Origin: Geosiphon pyriformis uo1
Taxonomy: Eukaryota > Fungi > Glomeromycota
Direction of reading: 5' to 3'
DNA: 64,000 bases
Assembly: GCA_016748015.1 (NCBI GenBank)
Contig: JAAOMT010000003.1
Span: forward strand, 624,373-688,372
A program made the position numbers and the translations under genes. The number at the start of each line of letters is the position of its first letter. Position 1 is the first letter of the stretch. The notes beneath the pieces were generated by a model. That model was not told the origin of the DNA and did no database searches. It saw only the letters and a list, made by a program, of their open reading frames with translations. Below are positions 13,627-27,172 of the stretch, one piece after another.

Positions 13627-14292
13627 TGTTACAGTTGAAACCCATACTTTTTATTAGTTATTATATATATTAACCATTAATATTATATAATTAGTTATCC
13701 TATTTTTAGATAGTAATCATTGACCTAATTAATAACTTTACTTTTGATCTGATTATTGATTATTTTTAATAACTATATAAGTAATGAATCTCTTAACTAT
13801 AGAAAAAAAAGTAAGAATCAAAGAAAGCAAAAAAATAAAATAACAATTTCATCTTAATTCTTCTTTTCTTACTAATTTTTCTTTTTTTACCTTTAAGTAT
13901 CTAAATATCTTGAGATAAAAAATTACTTGTTGGTATTTACCTACTCTTTTCTTGACTTGAATAATTGTAGCATTTGAAGATCATTGAATAAAATATGACT
14001 AAAAAGCATATTTAATACTTGATATTAAATTCTAAGAGTGTTAATGTAAGGCATAGAATTATACTAGTGTGTTATTATTTGTTAAAAGTATGAACTATCC
14101 CTCTATTTTCAAATTTTCCAATTATTTTTTGAAAAAAATAGTGACTAAAATATTTTATGAAACTGATCTTGCACATTAAATCCATATTCATTCAATTTGC
14201 TTATTAAAGTTAAATCTTCTTTGATTAATTCTATTATCTGATAATTCTGTTCTTTTTTGTTATTTGTTAGTTTATTACTCTAACCCATAACA
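13627..14292. mobile_element. Solo LTR (or LTR-like non-autonomous element), 666 bp, family distinct from the other LTRs here
   Basis: Begins TGTTACAG and ends CCATAACA, matching the TGTTACGG...CCGTAACA termini of the Gypsy LTRs after CpG decay. Flanked by 4-bp ATAT on both sides. Less AT-rich than its surroundings. Confidence 0.7.
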
Positions 14293-14519
14293 ATATTAAT
14301 ATTATTATATCAAAAAATAATTTTATTACAGTATCTAAACTAAATTTAATTATAAACAATAGTTTTTTTTTTAAATAATAATAATAATAATAATAATATA
14401 TTTATTAAAACTAACTTTAATTAATTTTTGATTATTTATTAATATTTAATAGATTTTATCAGTTTTAAAAACAAAATAAAACACATTTATATATGTATTT
14501 TTATTTAATTAAATAAAAA

Positions 14520-15030
14520 TTAAATTATTTTTTGTTGTTTTTTAATATTGTTTTTAATAGTACTTAAAAAACAATTACTAATTATTTAAAATTTGTTAAA
14601 TAAGTAATTTTTATTTTAATATTTGGTGTTATTTTAAAATTAAATTGGTTTTTATTAAATTTTTATTTTAATTATTATCAAATTATATTAATTTCAAATT
14701 AATTTTAAAAAAAATATTAAGTTGGTTTATATAAATTTTATTTTTTAAGTTTTTTTAAATACTGTTGTTAAAACTATTATTAATAATTTTATTTTTTTGA
14801 TTACTTTTTAAAAAGTTTTTTATAATAGTTTTTGTTTTTTTTCTGTTGTTTTTTATAATATTTTTGTTAAATTAAAGCCTATTAACTTGTAAAAATATGT
14901 TATTATTTATTTTAAGAATTTTTTTTCTGTTATTATTATTTATATTTATTAGTTTATATTAATAAAAAAACAATATTAGAATTTTTTTTGTTTAATTATA
15001 AAGAAATTATTGTCTTAAAAAATAAAAAAT
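14520..15030 (+). pseudogene. Hypermutated ghost of the ORF1-only element ORF
   Basis: Aligns codon by codon with 8290-8850 when mostly G>A and C>T changes are allowed, e.g. agt act taa aaa aca att act aat tat vs agt act tgg gaa act att act agt cat. Confidence 0.75.
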
Positions 15031-15504
15031 TTTTTTTATAAATCTTTCTATTACAATAAAAATACTGACAAAAAAACCAAAAAGCTTAGTATAGTTACTA
15101 TTATAATTAACATTTTTGTTAACTTTTTAAATTTTTGTACTTTAAAAGATAATAAACATATTTTATTTAGATTATAAAAAAGCAAAGTAAACAATTAAGT
15201 AGACAGTACAAATAATGCTTTAAAAATTAATAGATTAGACAATTTAATTATTGAAAAAAACTTGTTATACTAATTCAAATAACTTGAAAAATAACAAAAA
15301 CATAGATAATATTATATTATATTATATTTAAACTACTATATATAATTTAATAAAATTACTGTATCTTTTTTATTATTATTATTAATGTTTAATAAGTGAA
15401 GTCCAAATGCTATCTAGTGCAATACATTATTCAAATGATCTAAACTAGGCACGAATCATGCTCTTACTACACATAACCAGCTACTCAGACCAGTCAAGAC
15501 TACA

Positions 15505-18500
15505 CTAGACACCTATATGAACCAAAACCTTGTCACAAGTACCAGAAAAAAACAAACAGGACTTATAAAACCTAAAACTGATGCCAAACGCTTTAGCAAC
15601 TCCCAACAACCTAACAATACTAAACAAAAACCACTCAAAAAAACCAAAAACAGAGACAGGAATGGAGCCATCACGTGGAATTAGCCTGTTTTTTTCCATA
15701 ACAGCATGGTGTTTCACATGGACCAGCCAAATATCATCCTGGAATGCAATACAAAAATTGCACACAAAGTTCACCACATTAGTAGCCACCACTTTAGGGT
15801 CTTTAAAAGTGGAAACAGATTCCTGATACCAATCTCTGAAAACAAAACCCTTGCACAGAGCTGCACCAGTCACAACATCAGATGTACAAGTAGACAACAA
15901 CTGTGAAACACAAAAGAAAGAACGAGATAAACCAGAACAGGTCTTTCAAATTATGGCAAAAGTATTCATCAAACAAGAATGACCAGCTGCATCAAAGGAG
16001 CAGGAAAAGACATGATCAGAAACCTTGACATCACCACAGAATAAACATGTCATGCTGGGATAATGTCTATCATACAGACACTTATGCATAACCACAGGAA
16101 GTTGGTGGTGCAAAGTCTTTATAAAGTAAGTCTAAAGGCCAGCCATTTGTGCACTAGTGGAACCAGCAGCCATGTGGGAATCAGAGTATCACACCAAAAA
16201 AAATCTAGACCAATTGATATCACCACGTAAACCACCAACCACAACCTGAAAACCAGAGCCAACCTCCCAATATATTCAGTTAACAGACCGAAAAACATCA
16301 TGAACAAAGTGTCTCAAATTACCAAAAACCACAGAATCACTACTTCTTAAAAAACACTCACCAATCCTATGAGATAGCCATCAAGAAGAGGAAGCTGCTG
16401 CCTTAGCAAGTGCATCAGCTTACTTATTGCCTAAGACACCTGAATGACCCTTAATTTTGACCCAATTCATATTCAAATTCTTATTTTGAATAACATCAGT
16501 AATGTGGCAATGCTCGATCCAGCACTGATTCCTGAAATCAGGATGAATCAACAAAGACTCAGACTTACATGCATTCAAAGCTGCTTGGCTGTCTGAGAAT
16601 AAGTCAACCGAACAAAAAAGAGGAATACACTCAAGTGCCAAAGCAATGGCCTGTAATTCTGCCAGTGTTGAGGAAACTATGCCAGACACCCTTATACCCA
16701 AACCCAAATGAATGTCCTCGAAAAAAGCAGCAGTACCAGTCTTTATACTTACAGTACCCAAACTACTTAAAGACCTATCTGTATACACAGATAGACTAAC
16801 AGCAGCATTAGTGTTCAGCAGAACATCACAAACAACACCAAAATTGTGTGATTAAAGAACATCAAAAAGAGCATAACCATTCATAGAGGGAAAACAAACA
16901 GAAAAAGAAGAAACAATACCACCAAGAAATTGTATAGAGAGATCAAACCAGAGAGGAACTGGGCCATAGGAGTTCAGTCTTTTCCAGCACTTGAAGATAT
17001 TCCAACTAAAAACAGCACTGGCCCGGTCACATAACTGCTCCATGAAAGCAACACTGTAAAGGCAGAGTGAGGAAACATACTTGAAAAAACAATGCTTACC
17101 AAGAACAAGAGACATAAGAGAACCACCACAAAAATGAAAAGTGCTAGGAAAAGAACCACCAAGAGACAAATCACATCCAGAAAGGATATGGACCACCCCA
17201 GCCAAAAAATTGTTTGTAGGACAGACCTTAATACAAACTGAAAATTGCAAAGAATGATGAGAATATCAACTGAGAATCTGAAAGTTATAAGATCTGTAAG
17301 AGAATAAGCAACCCAATAACCCAACAGAATTCACAAAGAAAACAACAGAAGCCGATTTGCTCTTAGCCTGAATTTGTTTGAAAGTTCTCAAACCATACAA
17401 AGAGGGATGATGGAGTGCATCATTGGGAAAGTTGAGCAGAAGGCCAGCCTTAGACTTCAAGCCTTTGCAAATCATGGCATCCCACTTATTATACACATTC
17501 AAAAGAACATAACTGAACTGCATCCTGTAGCAGACAATCAAAAAGAGTACAGCAGACACCAAATATGCAAACTGTTTATCTGAAACCACTTTTTTCAAAA
17601 CAAGATTAGCAAAAAACCAAACATCTGAGTAAACTTTGACCAGACTAGGCCTCGACAATCTCTCAGTTGACAAAAAAATACCCAAATAATGATGACATTC
17701 CCCTTTTTTGACAATGGAAATAGGTGAGCCATTGATAGTCAGATAAGAGTTCACAATCTGGCAGTTGATAGAAATGGCCACCATCTTGTCATTATTTATT
17801 GAAATATCATTAAACCTGAAAAACTCACTAGCAATATCAAGGATGTATTGTATAGCAGCCTGGCTGTTACCAACCCAAATTGTATCATTGACAAAAACAC
17901 CGGTGGCAAAAAATAATGTCAATTTGGCCTGAGGATCCGCTTAGCCAGTTTTGGATATAAAATGGAAATTCAATCTGTATCTACACATACTCTCCTGTCT
18001 CTTGACTTCACACAAAAGCAAATCATAGAAGATGCATCAAAGAAGAGGTGAGAAAACTTCTCCTTGGTCCAATCCATTATGAACATGATACCCATCAGTT
18101 AAGCCAAAATCAGTCATCACCCTATTGATGCACCCATTGTAAATACTACCAAAAAATCTTATAAACTTGTTACACATTTTAATTCTAACCAAACTTCTCC
18201 TGAGATGTTCCCAACCAACTAAGTCATAAGCCTTGTGCATGTTCTGCAAAACCAACCAGAGTTTTCAGTTCTTCTTTAAGACATCTTCAACAACAGAACC
18301 AATGGTGAAAATGTGGGACTGTGTTGTCATACCTTTTAGAACAGAAAAATTGTCCTTACGAAGAACATCAAACGTACTGCAAGCTGAGGAAATCCTATCC
18401 AAAAAGACCTTGGAAAGAATCTTGTAGACCGTTTCAATCAAAGCAATAGGATGGGTGTTTGTAAGAACTCCCTCTCATTCATAAGGTTTCAGAATCATCA

Positions 18501-20199
18501 AGACCTAAGCTTTCCTCCAAGATCCAGGAACCAATTCACCAACCAAGCAAAAGTTCAAAAGCACTAGAAGCATATCCAAAACTGACTTGTCACATCATTT
18601 CTACAATTCATTAGAGATGCCAGAAAGTCCAGTAGTTTTCTTATCAGGAAGCTCCTTGACAATGGCAGACATCTTATCAAAACTAACAGAACACATAACC
18701 CCAGAAAAAACACTATTAAACACATAATCTAAAGACTGATATTAGTGGGCCCAATTGTCGAAAACATCAGATACCATTCTGCATTTTTTGGTCCACCCTT
18801 CCATGATCTTATCTATCTTAGGCTTGACCAAATCAGATTCCAAAATCAACTTATTCTTCACAACAAGATAATCTAAGACCACTTTGCAGAAGGGATGCTC
18901 CAACACACCCTTGATGGTGTGGCCTTTGTCCAGCTCAAAACTCTCCATCCTTTTATTAATGACTTGCTTGATAGATGATTCCTCAGTGCGTTTGGATTCC
19001 AATAACTTAGAAGAGCAATACAACTTTCTTGCTTTAGCCAGTGCAGAGTGAATGACATCAAAATTAGAACCTAAAAGTAAAAGGGACTTTACTGCCAATG
19101 CACCAATGGAATCGAGTCTGTCCCATATCTCGAGCAAAAAAACAAAATCATCACTAAAAACCAAACATAAAGCCCTAACCAATTTAGATACCAGCAATTC
19201 CAGCTTATGAAATCTGAATGATATCTTGGTAAAAACACTATTAAAACTCTTAAACCACTTTTTTTTGAATGTTCCATCTGCTGAAAGAACCATAATCTTG
19301 TGAATAATGTTCTACATAGCATTCAAATCCGAAAATTTACTGGCCGAAGAGAACTCATTCAAAAACATTGCAGCATTGACCACTGTAAACACTCAAAACT
19401 CACACCATTTAGTATCATTCGCATTTTTGACATTGAATTTCCAACAATCTTTATTTGCTTGTTTGCACAACGAAATCAGATGAACATCAAGCAAGCCACC
19501 CAAATCCACAGAGACAGAAACAGCCTTGTGGTCAGTATCAAAATGGTCCATAACATCAGCCACACCATGATCCACAATTGTATTAACCAGATTTAAAGAA
19601 ACGAACAAATAATTATTTGTTTTTAATACATCATGAGAATTACTCTAAGTAGATGTCTTCACAACAGGACTCCCATTTAGAGAATTCACCAAACCCAAAT
19701 CAAAGCATTTTTTATAATTAGCACACCTACGAGACCTGTCCTCATTAAAATTACTGCCAAGAATAACGAAGGATGAATCATTCATGGCCTTAGCAATTAG
19801 AGAGTTGATGTCACCAGCTTGAAAAAACCTGACCACCAAAGAGGCACCAGCATAAAGCCCCAAAATCAAAACTGAAAGCTTGTTTTTGAAAAGCAGCCTG
19901 ATAAAGATGAGCTGGCCAGGCACCTCAGAAATCTTGCAAACATGCTTCACCAAAGAATTGGTCATAACAACAGCCACACCAGCACCCAGATAACCAGAAT
20001 CCAGACCAGAAATACACACTCACACACCATCAAATCTATTGGCAATCCAGGGGCGAATCTTCCCTTTTAATTTTGATTCAGTAAAAATAGAAATCAAATT
20101 GTCCATGTTTTTGTGCCAACAAATAACATCATCCTGCTTGGCAAGATTGTTCATCCTGTAAATATTACACATGGCAATCTTCCAAACAAAATCTGTTAT
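15505..20199 (-). pseudogene. LINE ORF2: APE endonuclease, RT, RNase H, C-terminal CCHC finger
   Basis: ILGSNFNE (EN); LQNMHKAYD, GLDQGEVFSPLL, FVNDTIW (RT, decayed VDD); YTDRSL, ELQAIALAL, FSDSQAAL, WVKIKGHSG (RNase H); CLFCGDVKVSDHVFSC (~16000-16050). Confidence 0.93.
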
Positions 20200-22080
20200 T
20201 AAGAAAGGGGTTTGAGAAGCACACCACTAGTCAGAATTGAATCATCAAACCTTGCTGTTAGACTTAAAACTGAAGCAGAAAGTTCTTCCAACATATTTTC
20301 CAACCTTTTTACCTTAAAAGAGGCAGAAGAAACCAAAATTGCAGCAGTATTACCACTAGTGGCCCCACCCAAGCCCTCTCCCATCACTACATCATCCACT
20401 TGATCCTGTGATAAGGGGGTTACCGACAGCTGACATCCAAGGCTAGGCTGAGAAACTGCTAGCACGAATAAGTCCAACCTTTTAGCCAACTCACCAATTT
20501 GCCTCACAAAGTTGGCAATACTGCTTTCCAGAACTGCAAATCTTATTTCCAAATTATTCATAACAAAAAGAGTAGGCTTCATCTCCAAAAAGGAGCCAGC
20601 ATTTACCAAACCATTTCGAACAGGGGAAGGAGGAAAAGAAGACCCACCAACAATCTTGGCCCACAAAACTCCACCAAAAGAGACAGAATGAGCAACAGAT
20701 GCTGAACACTTGGCGTAAATGGCCGCCAATCTGTCTTTATCTGCATCTGACAAAATTCAATGTGGCAAGCCACTAGAAAAAAATTTTCCACCTGAAACAC
20801 AGTCCAGAGATATATGACCCAGTTTCTCACACTTTGTACACATAGCAAAGCCAAGATAGAACCAACAAAATGAGTATCTTCTAACACAGATGTGGTTCTT
20901 ATGATGGCATCTAATAATTCAGCTGACTCAAAACAAACAATGGCACATTTGGCCCAGGCATATGTAACCAGATGGTGATCAATCACACAAGTTTTTTCAC
21001 CCACAGAACCAATGAAGTCTTAAACATCGTGAGCATTTGTTTTCACTGAAAGAGTGTAGAGCAGCACTTTATAATGATCTCTCATATCTCATGTCAATTT
21101 GTTTAAATCTGATCTGGCAACATGTACCACATCTTTCCCAATTAAGATGGACCACCTAGCCACCAAAAGATCTGCTTGATTCCACTCCTCAAATTTCACA
21201 ATCACTTTTTACTACAGCCTTACCAACTGTATCTTGATTGACTTAATCATACCAAATTCAGATAGCACAGTGTGCACAGTCTCAGCTGATGTTCTCACTG
21301 GAATTTTTTTTAGCACCACAGTCTAATCTGAGTGACCAGTCAATTTTTTGAGATTGGTGTTCACCAAGATTTTCACATCAGCAGCCAATTTGGTAGTTTT
21401 CATTAAACTAGATTCAGAAATGAATGTCACCCAGATGATCCCAGAAAATTTTGAGGAGGTAGAGGCCCCTCCAAAACCATTGATTTTTGAAAATAATTTC
21501 CTGACCACAGCTAGCTTGTCCTGAGCAGATTTTCCAGAAATATTAATCAGATCAATATCCAAAGCAAAAGACTTTCTAGCAGACACATTGACTAATTTTT
21601 TGAAAGGGAGGGAAGCACCACAGATTCATCCAGGAAAATGTTATCATTATCATCGTTGCCCAGAAAGTTAATTTTGCCCAAAGGCTTGCCCAAAGCCTGC
21701 TTGGCAACCAATCTCGAACTCTTTGGCATTTGGTTACTGTCTATTTCTTCAAGAACATCTCTCTCTCCATAATCCACACTAGTTTTCTTAATCAAGAACT
21801 TCCCCTCTATATCTATACTGTCTGATTCAGTAGTATCACCAGCTTCAGACCCCCAAGAACCACCAACTGGTTGATCAGATAAAATCATTCCATGAACAAC
21901 ACTATCTTTTAGAACACCCCCTTTTCTTTTTTTTTTAGAGGCAACATCTTTGCTAACAGTATTCTTACTAAAGTCTTTGACAGACTTCTTCATTGCAGCC
22001 ATACTGAGACCAACAATGGTTTCATAGTCAAGCAGAAATGGTTTTGATTTATTGTACTGAATTGTAAAAACTTCTTTCAA
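20199..22080 (-). pseudogene. LINE ORF1, type A
   Basis: Fragments 21592-22080, 21323-21586, 20603-21004 and 20199-20753; RRM-like segments, CTKCEKLGH knuckle, coiled coil. Confidence 0.9.
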
Positions 22081-22493
22081 AAAACTTTTGACTCTTTTTT
22101 AGAAATTTGGAATGAAGAAGAGAAAGAAGTTTTTTCCAATAAAATTCCTGTATCTTTTTGTAATTATTATATAAATATATTAGTTATTTTTGGAAAAAAT
22201 TTAAGTAATAAATTAAAAATTTTTATTTTATTAAATAAATAATTTTAAAAAGCTTTAATTTCTTTAAAATTTTATAAGATTATTTAATTAATGTTTGTTT
22301 TTAAAATTAATCTTAATTAAACTAAAAATTTAGCTATTAATAAAAAATTTTTGATTAATGTTAATTTTTTTTATTAGTTTAATAAGTGAAGCCCAATCAC
22401 TATCTAATACAATACAATTATCTAAATTTCTAAATTAAATGTGATTCATGCTTTTGCTACATGTGACTAACCATTCAGCCAATTAAGACTACA

Positions 22494-25400
22494 CTATACA
22501 ACTATATTCACTATAACTCTGCTAGCAGCACCAATGAAAAACAAATGGCCAATACTCAGGCCAAAGTTGGTGGCATAATCTTTCTCAATTCTTAACAAAT
22601 AAGCAACACTACCTGAAATCATAGCAAAAAAATCTTAAATGATATCATACAAAAACTCATTCACACATAGCAACTCATAATACTCCATTTTAGCTTAAAG
22701 TTTTGAATTAGGCACCCAAATTTGCTCCCTATGGCCAGCAACCATACTCCAAACAAATTCGACCAGATTAGACATTATAAGCTTAGTATCCACAAAAAAT
22801 ACTTTAGCATCTGTCAATCAATCTTCAAACACAAAACTCTTGCACAAAATTGTATAAAGACTAACATCAGAAACAGAAGAGGTCAAAGACTGTAGAACTG
22901 CAAACGATGACAAGGTTGCCTTAATAAGAGATTCCAAAGAGAAGAATGCTCACTTAATAAGCTTTGATGTATTGAAAAGTCCAAGTCACAAACAAAATTA
23001 TGATCTGAGAAATCTACTTCTTCGCAATATACACATAACATACTAGGATAACTTCAATCATATAAGTAATAGCCACAAACAGTCTTCCGTGTAAAGCTTT
23101 CATCAAATATATGCACAAACTAACAGTGGTTTTGCTTGTATATTTTGCAGACATGTGAGAGTCAGGATACCAAACTGAGACAATATAAACCCAATTTATG
23201 TTGCCAACCCATGAAGGATCCACAATGCTCAAGCCAGGTCCAAATTTCCATTGAAAACATCTAACAGTATCATTTGTAGTTCTAATAAAGTGGTGTGCAT
23301 TGCCAGAAATCATCTTACAATTCATTATTAAGATTTTTTTTTGATGTTTACTAAAAAAATAAGCCTTAATAATGTGGCCAGATTATCCAAACAATCAGCA
23401 TGCTCATTGTCTAACACACCAGAGTGATCTTTCACCTTCATTCAAGTGACAGAAATGTTTTTATATTTGACCAAATTGCTAATATAATGGTGTTCTATCC
23501 AGCACTTATTGCAAAAATCAGGAACCACCAATCTCAACTCAGCCTGACAAGCATCCAAGAAAGCCTGACTGTTAGAAAAAACTGTAATATTTGAGAAAGC
23601 TGGAATGCACTTGAGAACCAGTACAACAGTCTGCATTTTAGCTAGAGTAGACAATAGCAAACCATAGATCTTCACACCTATGTGCAAACCCAGATCAAAA
23701 AAATAGGCAGCAGTCCTTCTAACAGCATTAAAAGTACCAAAGCCTTTAACAGAACCATTAGTATAAACTGAAATCATCAGCAAAAAGGCATCTTTCAAAC
23801 TAAAATAGATAAAACCAAAGCTGTCTGTATTAGAAACATCCAACTTGAAAGGGAATTCAAAAGTGGGAGAGGAACTTTTAACCAAACCACCACTCTTGAT
23901 AAAATCTGAAACCAGTATAAACCATAATGGAACTAGACCTCTGGGATCCATTTGTTTCCAATGGTGAAAATCCTTTCAATTAAAACATTCTCCATGACTA
24001 TTCAATAATTAGTCTGCAAAAATGATCCCAAAATGCTTTAGTGATCTGCAAATCTGGAGATACAGCATCTGGCCCAAAACATTCAAAACAGAAAAACCAT
24101 GCTTGAGATGAAAAGCATTGGGCAAGCTATTAGCTAAAAAAATCTCATTATGCAAAAAAATTTTAGTAATACCAGCCAGAAAATTGTTCATCAGATTGAC
24201 CATTAACTTAACAGGAAATTAAAGAGAGTTTTGAAGTATCCAGCCCAAAACCTGCAAATCCATTGACCTATGCCTAAACAGTTGACTTATTAACTCTTTA
24301 TTATTAGCAAACTGTAACACTGATGAGACTTTTGCCTCTGTCTGAATCTGTTCAAAGAACTTCAAATTGTACAAAGAAGGATGGTGCACCACTTCATTAA
24401 AAAAATCTCTAGGCAAACCAGCCTTAGATTTCAACCTCTTCCTAATTATATGGTCTTATTTTTCACATGTGCTTTTATTGATGAAGCTAAATTGAGTTCT
24501 ATATTCTACTATGGACTGTAAAACAGTTGATACCAAATAAGAGAACTGCTTATTCATGATAGCTTTGTGCAAAACCATGAATGAAAAAAACTTGACATCT
24601 GAATTTACCTTCTTTAAACTCAGACCAGAAAGATCTTTATTTAACAGAAAAATACCCAAATACTGATAAGTCTTACCAGCCTTTGTGATTGAAATTGAAG
24701 ACCCACTTACTTCTAAGAAAATATTTCTGGTTCTTGGGTTGATAAGAATGGCAACTGTTTTTTTTGTGTTAATCGATATATTCATTAATTCAAAGAACTT
24801 ATTAGCAATGTTCAAAATGTTTTGTGTCACTGTATAACAATTGTCAACCCAAATGGTATTATCCATGAAAGCACCAGCAGCCAAATAAGAAATCAAACTA
24901 GTATTTGACTTAATTCTGCCCATTCTGGCCACAAATTTGAAATTGACCTGATACCTGAAAAATGACTTATGCTTTTTCATCTTGTACAACAGAGGATTAT
25001 AAAAAATTCTCCACAGAAGAGAAGAAAAAACTTCCCTTTGGTCCAGACTATTGTGAACTTTATAATCCTTGAACAAACCAAAGTCTATTATAACTCTATT
25101 CATGCAGTCATTGTAAATACTACCAAAAAACCTGACAAACTTTTTACACCTTTTGATTCTCTCCAAACTACTTTTCAAATGTAACCAGTCCACTAAATCA
25201 TAAGCTTTGCACATGTCCTGAAGTACCAGCAAAGTTCCCTGCTCTTTTTTAAAGCATTTTCCACAACAGACTTTATAACAAAGATAGGGGACTAAGTAGA
25301 AGTGCCTTTCAACACCAAAAAGTTGTTTTCACACAAAATATTGTGTGTGCTATAAGCTTTTGAAATACAATCAGACAGAATCTTTGAGAGAATTTTCCTA

Positions 25401-27172
25401 GAAGTTTCAATAAGAGCAATAAGTCTGGTGTTTGTTAGAACTCCTTCTTACTTATAAGGTTTTGGAATCATGGATATCCAGGCTTTTTTCTATACATCCA
25501 GAACAGATTCACATACCAAACACAAGTTAAGCAGACACAAAAGAAGGATCAAGACAAACTTATCACAATGTTTCTATATTTCATTAGAGATACTAGACAA
25601 ACCAGCAGCTTTGCCATCAAAAAGATCTTTGACCACTGATGAAAACTCATCAAAATTAATATGCTTTATCATACCAGAAAATGCACTATTATCAACATAA
25701 TTGAGATGAGAAAATTGTTCTTGCCAATGGGAAGGAACAGAAGATTTGACTGTGTATTTCCTAGTCCAATTTTCCATAATTGAATCCACTTTGCTCTTAA
25801 CCAAATTGGGATCTAAAACCAAATCTCCATTATTAACCAGATAATTCAATATAACTTTTTTGAAAGGCTTCTCCAATACACTCTTAATCATTTGATCTTT
25901 GTTGTCTGCAAAAGCTTCTATGTACTTAGCAATGGATGCTCAGATTCATGAATTCTTAGTAGCCTTAAAGTCCAAAAACTTGTGAGACCTATACAATTTT
26001 CTAAAACAAGCCAGTAATTGTTCAATCAACATTTTGTTATGACTATTGCCCAAAGAGCTCTTAAACTCCACAGCTTGATCGAAGTTCAAGTCAACTTATT
26101 TATTAACTAAAGCCTAAAATCTTTCCAAATTTTCTGACTTATATGCATTCAAAATTTTTGCCACCAAAAGTTTTAACTTGTAAAATCTAGAAGATGTAGC
26201 AATTCTGATTAATCTGCTATTTCTGGACCATGTTTTTACAAAAGTAGCTTCTGCTGTAGAGCATACCACTTGACAAAGCAATATTCACATTCCATTAATA
26301 TTATCTTTAGTTCTGTGATATTCAAAATCATCAGCAGTCTTTGAAGCAGCAGCCAATAATGTGTTTCCAAATTTTTTCTAAATCTTATTACCAATGTCAC
26401 TGACTTTGTATCTCCATTTTTTTTTTGTAGTCTGTTTGCATATCAAAGTAAGCTGAAAATTGAGAAGGCCTCCCAAACCAATGTCCACTGACATGACCAA
26501 ATGGTCAGAATCAAAAAATTCATCTGAACAGTAAACTCTTTGGTTAAAAGAAGAACTGCAAAGACCATCACTAACTAAAATAAAGTCTATACACTTCTGA
26601 ACACTCCTCGAATTGGACTATGTGAGACACCTGTGCAAAAAAAAACCATGTAAAGAATCAAGCAAACCCAGATCCAAACATTTCTTGAAGCTTACACTGT
26701 GACCAGAATTATTTTCATTAAAGTCACCACCAAAAACAACAAATATACTGCTATTTAAGGCCTTAACCACCATTGAATTGATAATATGTGAGTAAGCCAG
26801 CCTTTTCTCCAAAGTAGCCCCTACATACAAGCCCAAAACTATCACTGAAAGTTTGTTCTTGAAAAGCAACTTTACAGAAATAAGTTGACCAGACACCTCA
26901 GAAACTCCACACATGTGCTTCGCTAAAAAAGCATCCATGATTATGGCAACACCTAAACCCAAATAACCAAAATCTAAACCAGAGATGAACACTCGAACAC
27001 CATTAAATTTATTTATAATCTATAGACAAACTTTGCCTTTCAACTTTGTTTTAGTAGCCACAAAGATTACATTGCCTATATTTTTGTATTATTGAATGAT
27101 ATATTCCTGTTTGGCAGAATTGTTCATGCCTCTAACATTATATGTAGCCACTTTCCACACCAAACCACTCAT
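22494..27172 (-). pseudogene. LINE ORF2 (APE, RT, RNase H, CCHC)
   Basis: MSGLVWKVAT start; FGGDFNEN; LQDMCKAYD; AFMDNTIW; YLGIFL; VYTNGSV; FSNSQAFL. Confidence 0.92.

Larger units (their letters stand above)
15371..22137 (-). mobile_element. Full-length LINE (copy 2), about 6.8 kb, with TSD
   Basis: 5' motif at 22080-22137, ORF1, ORF2, 3' UTR (15385-15505) and A-rich tail. TSD aataaaatt(a/c)ctgtatcttttt at 15349-15370 and 22138-22159. Confidence 0.95.
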
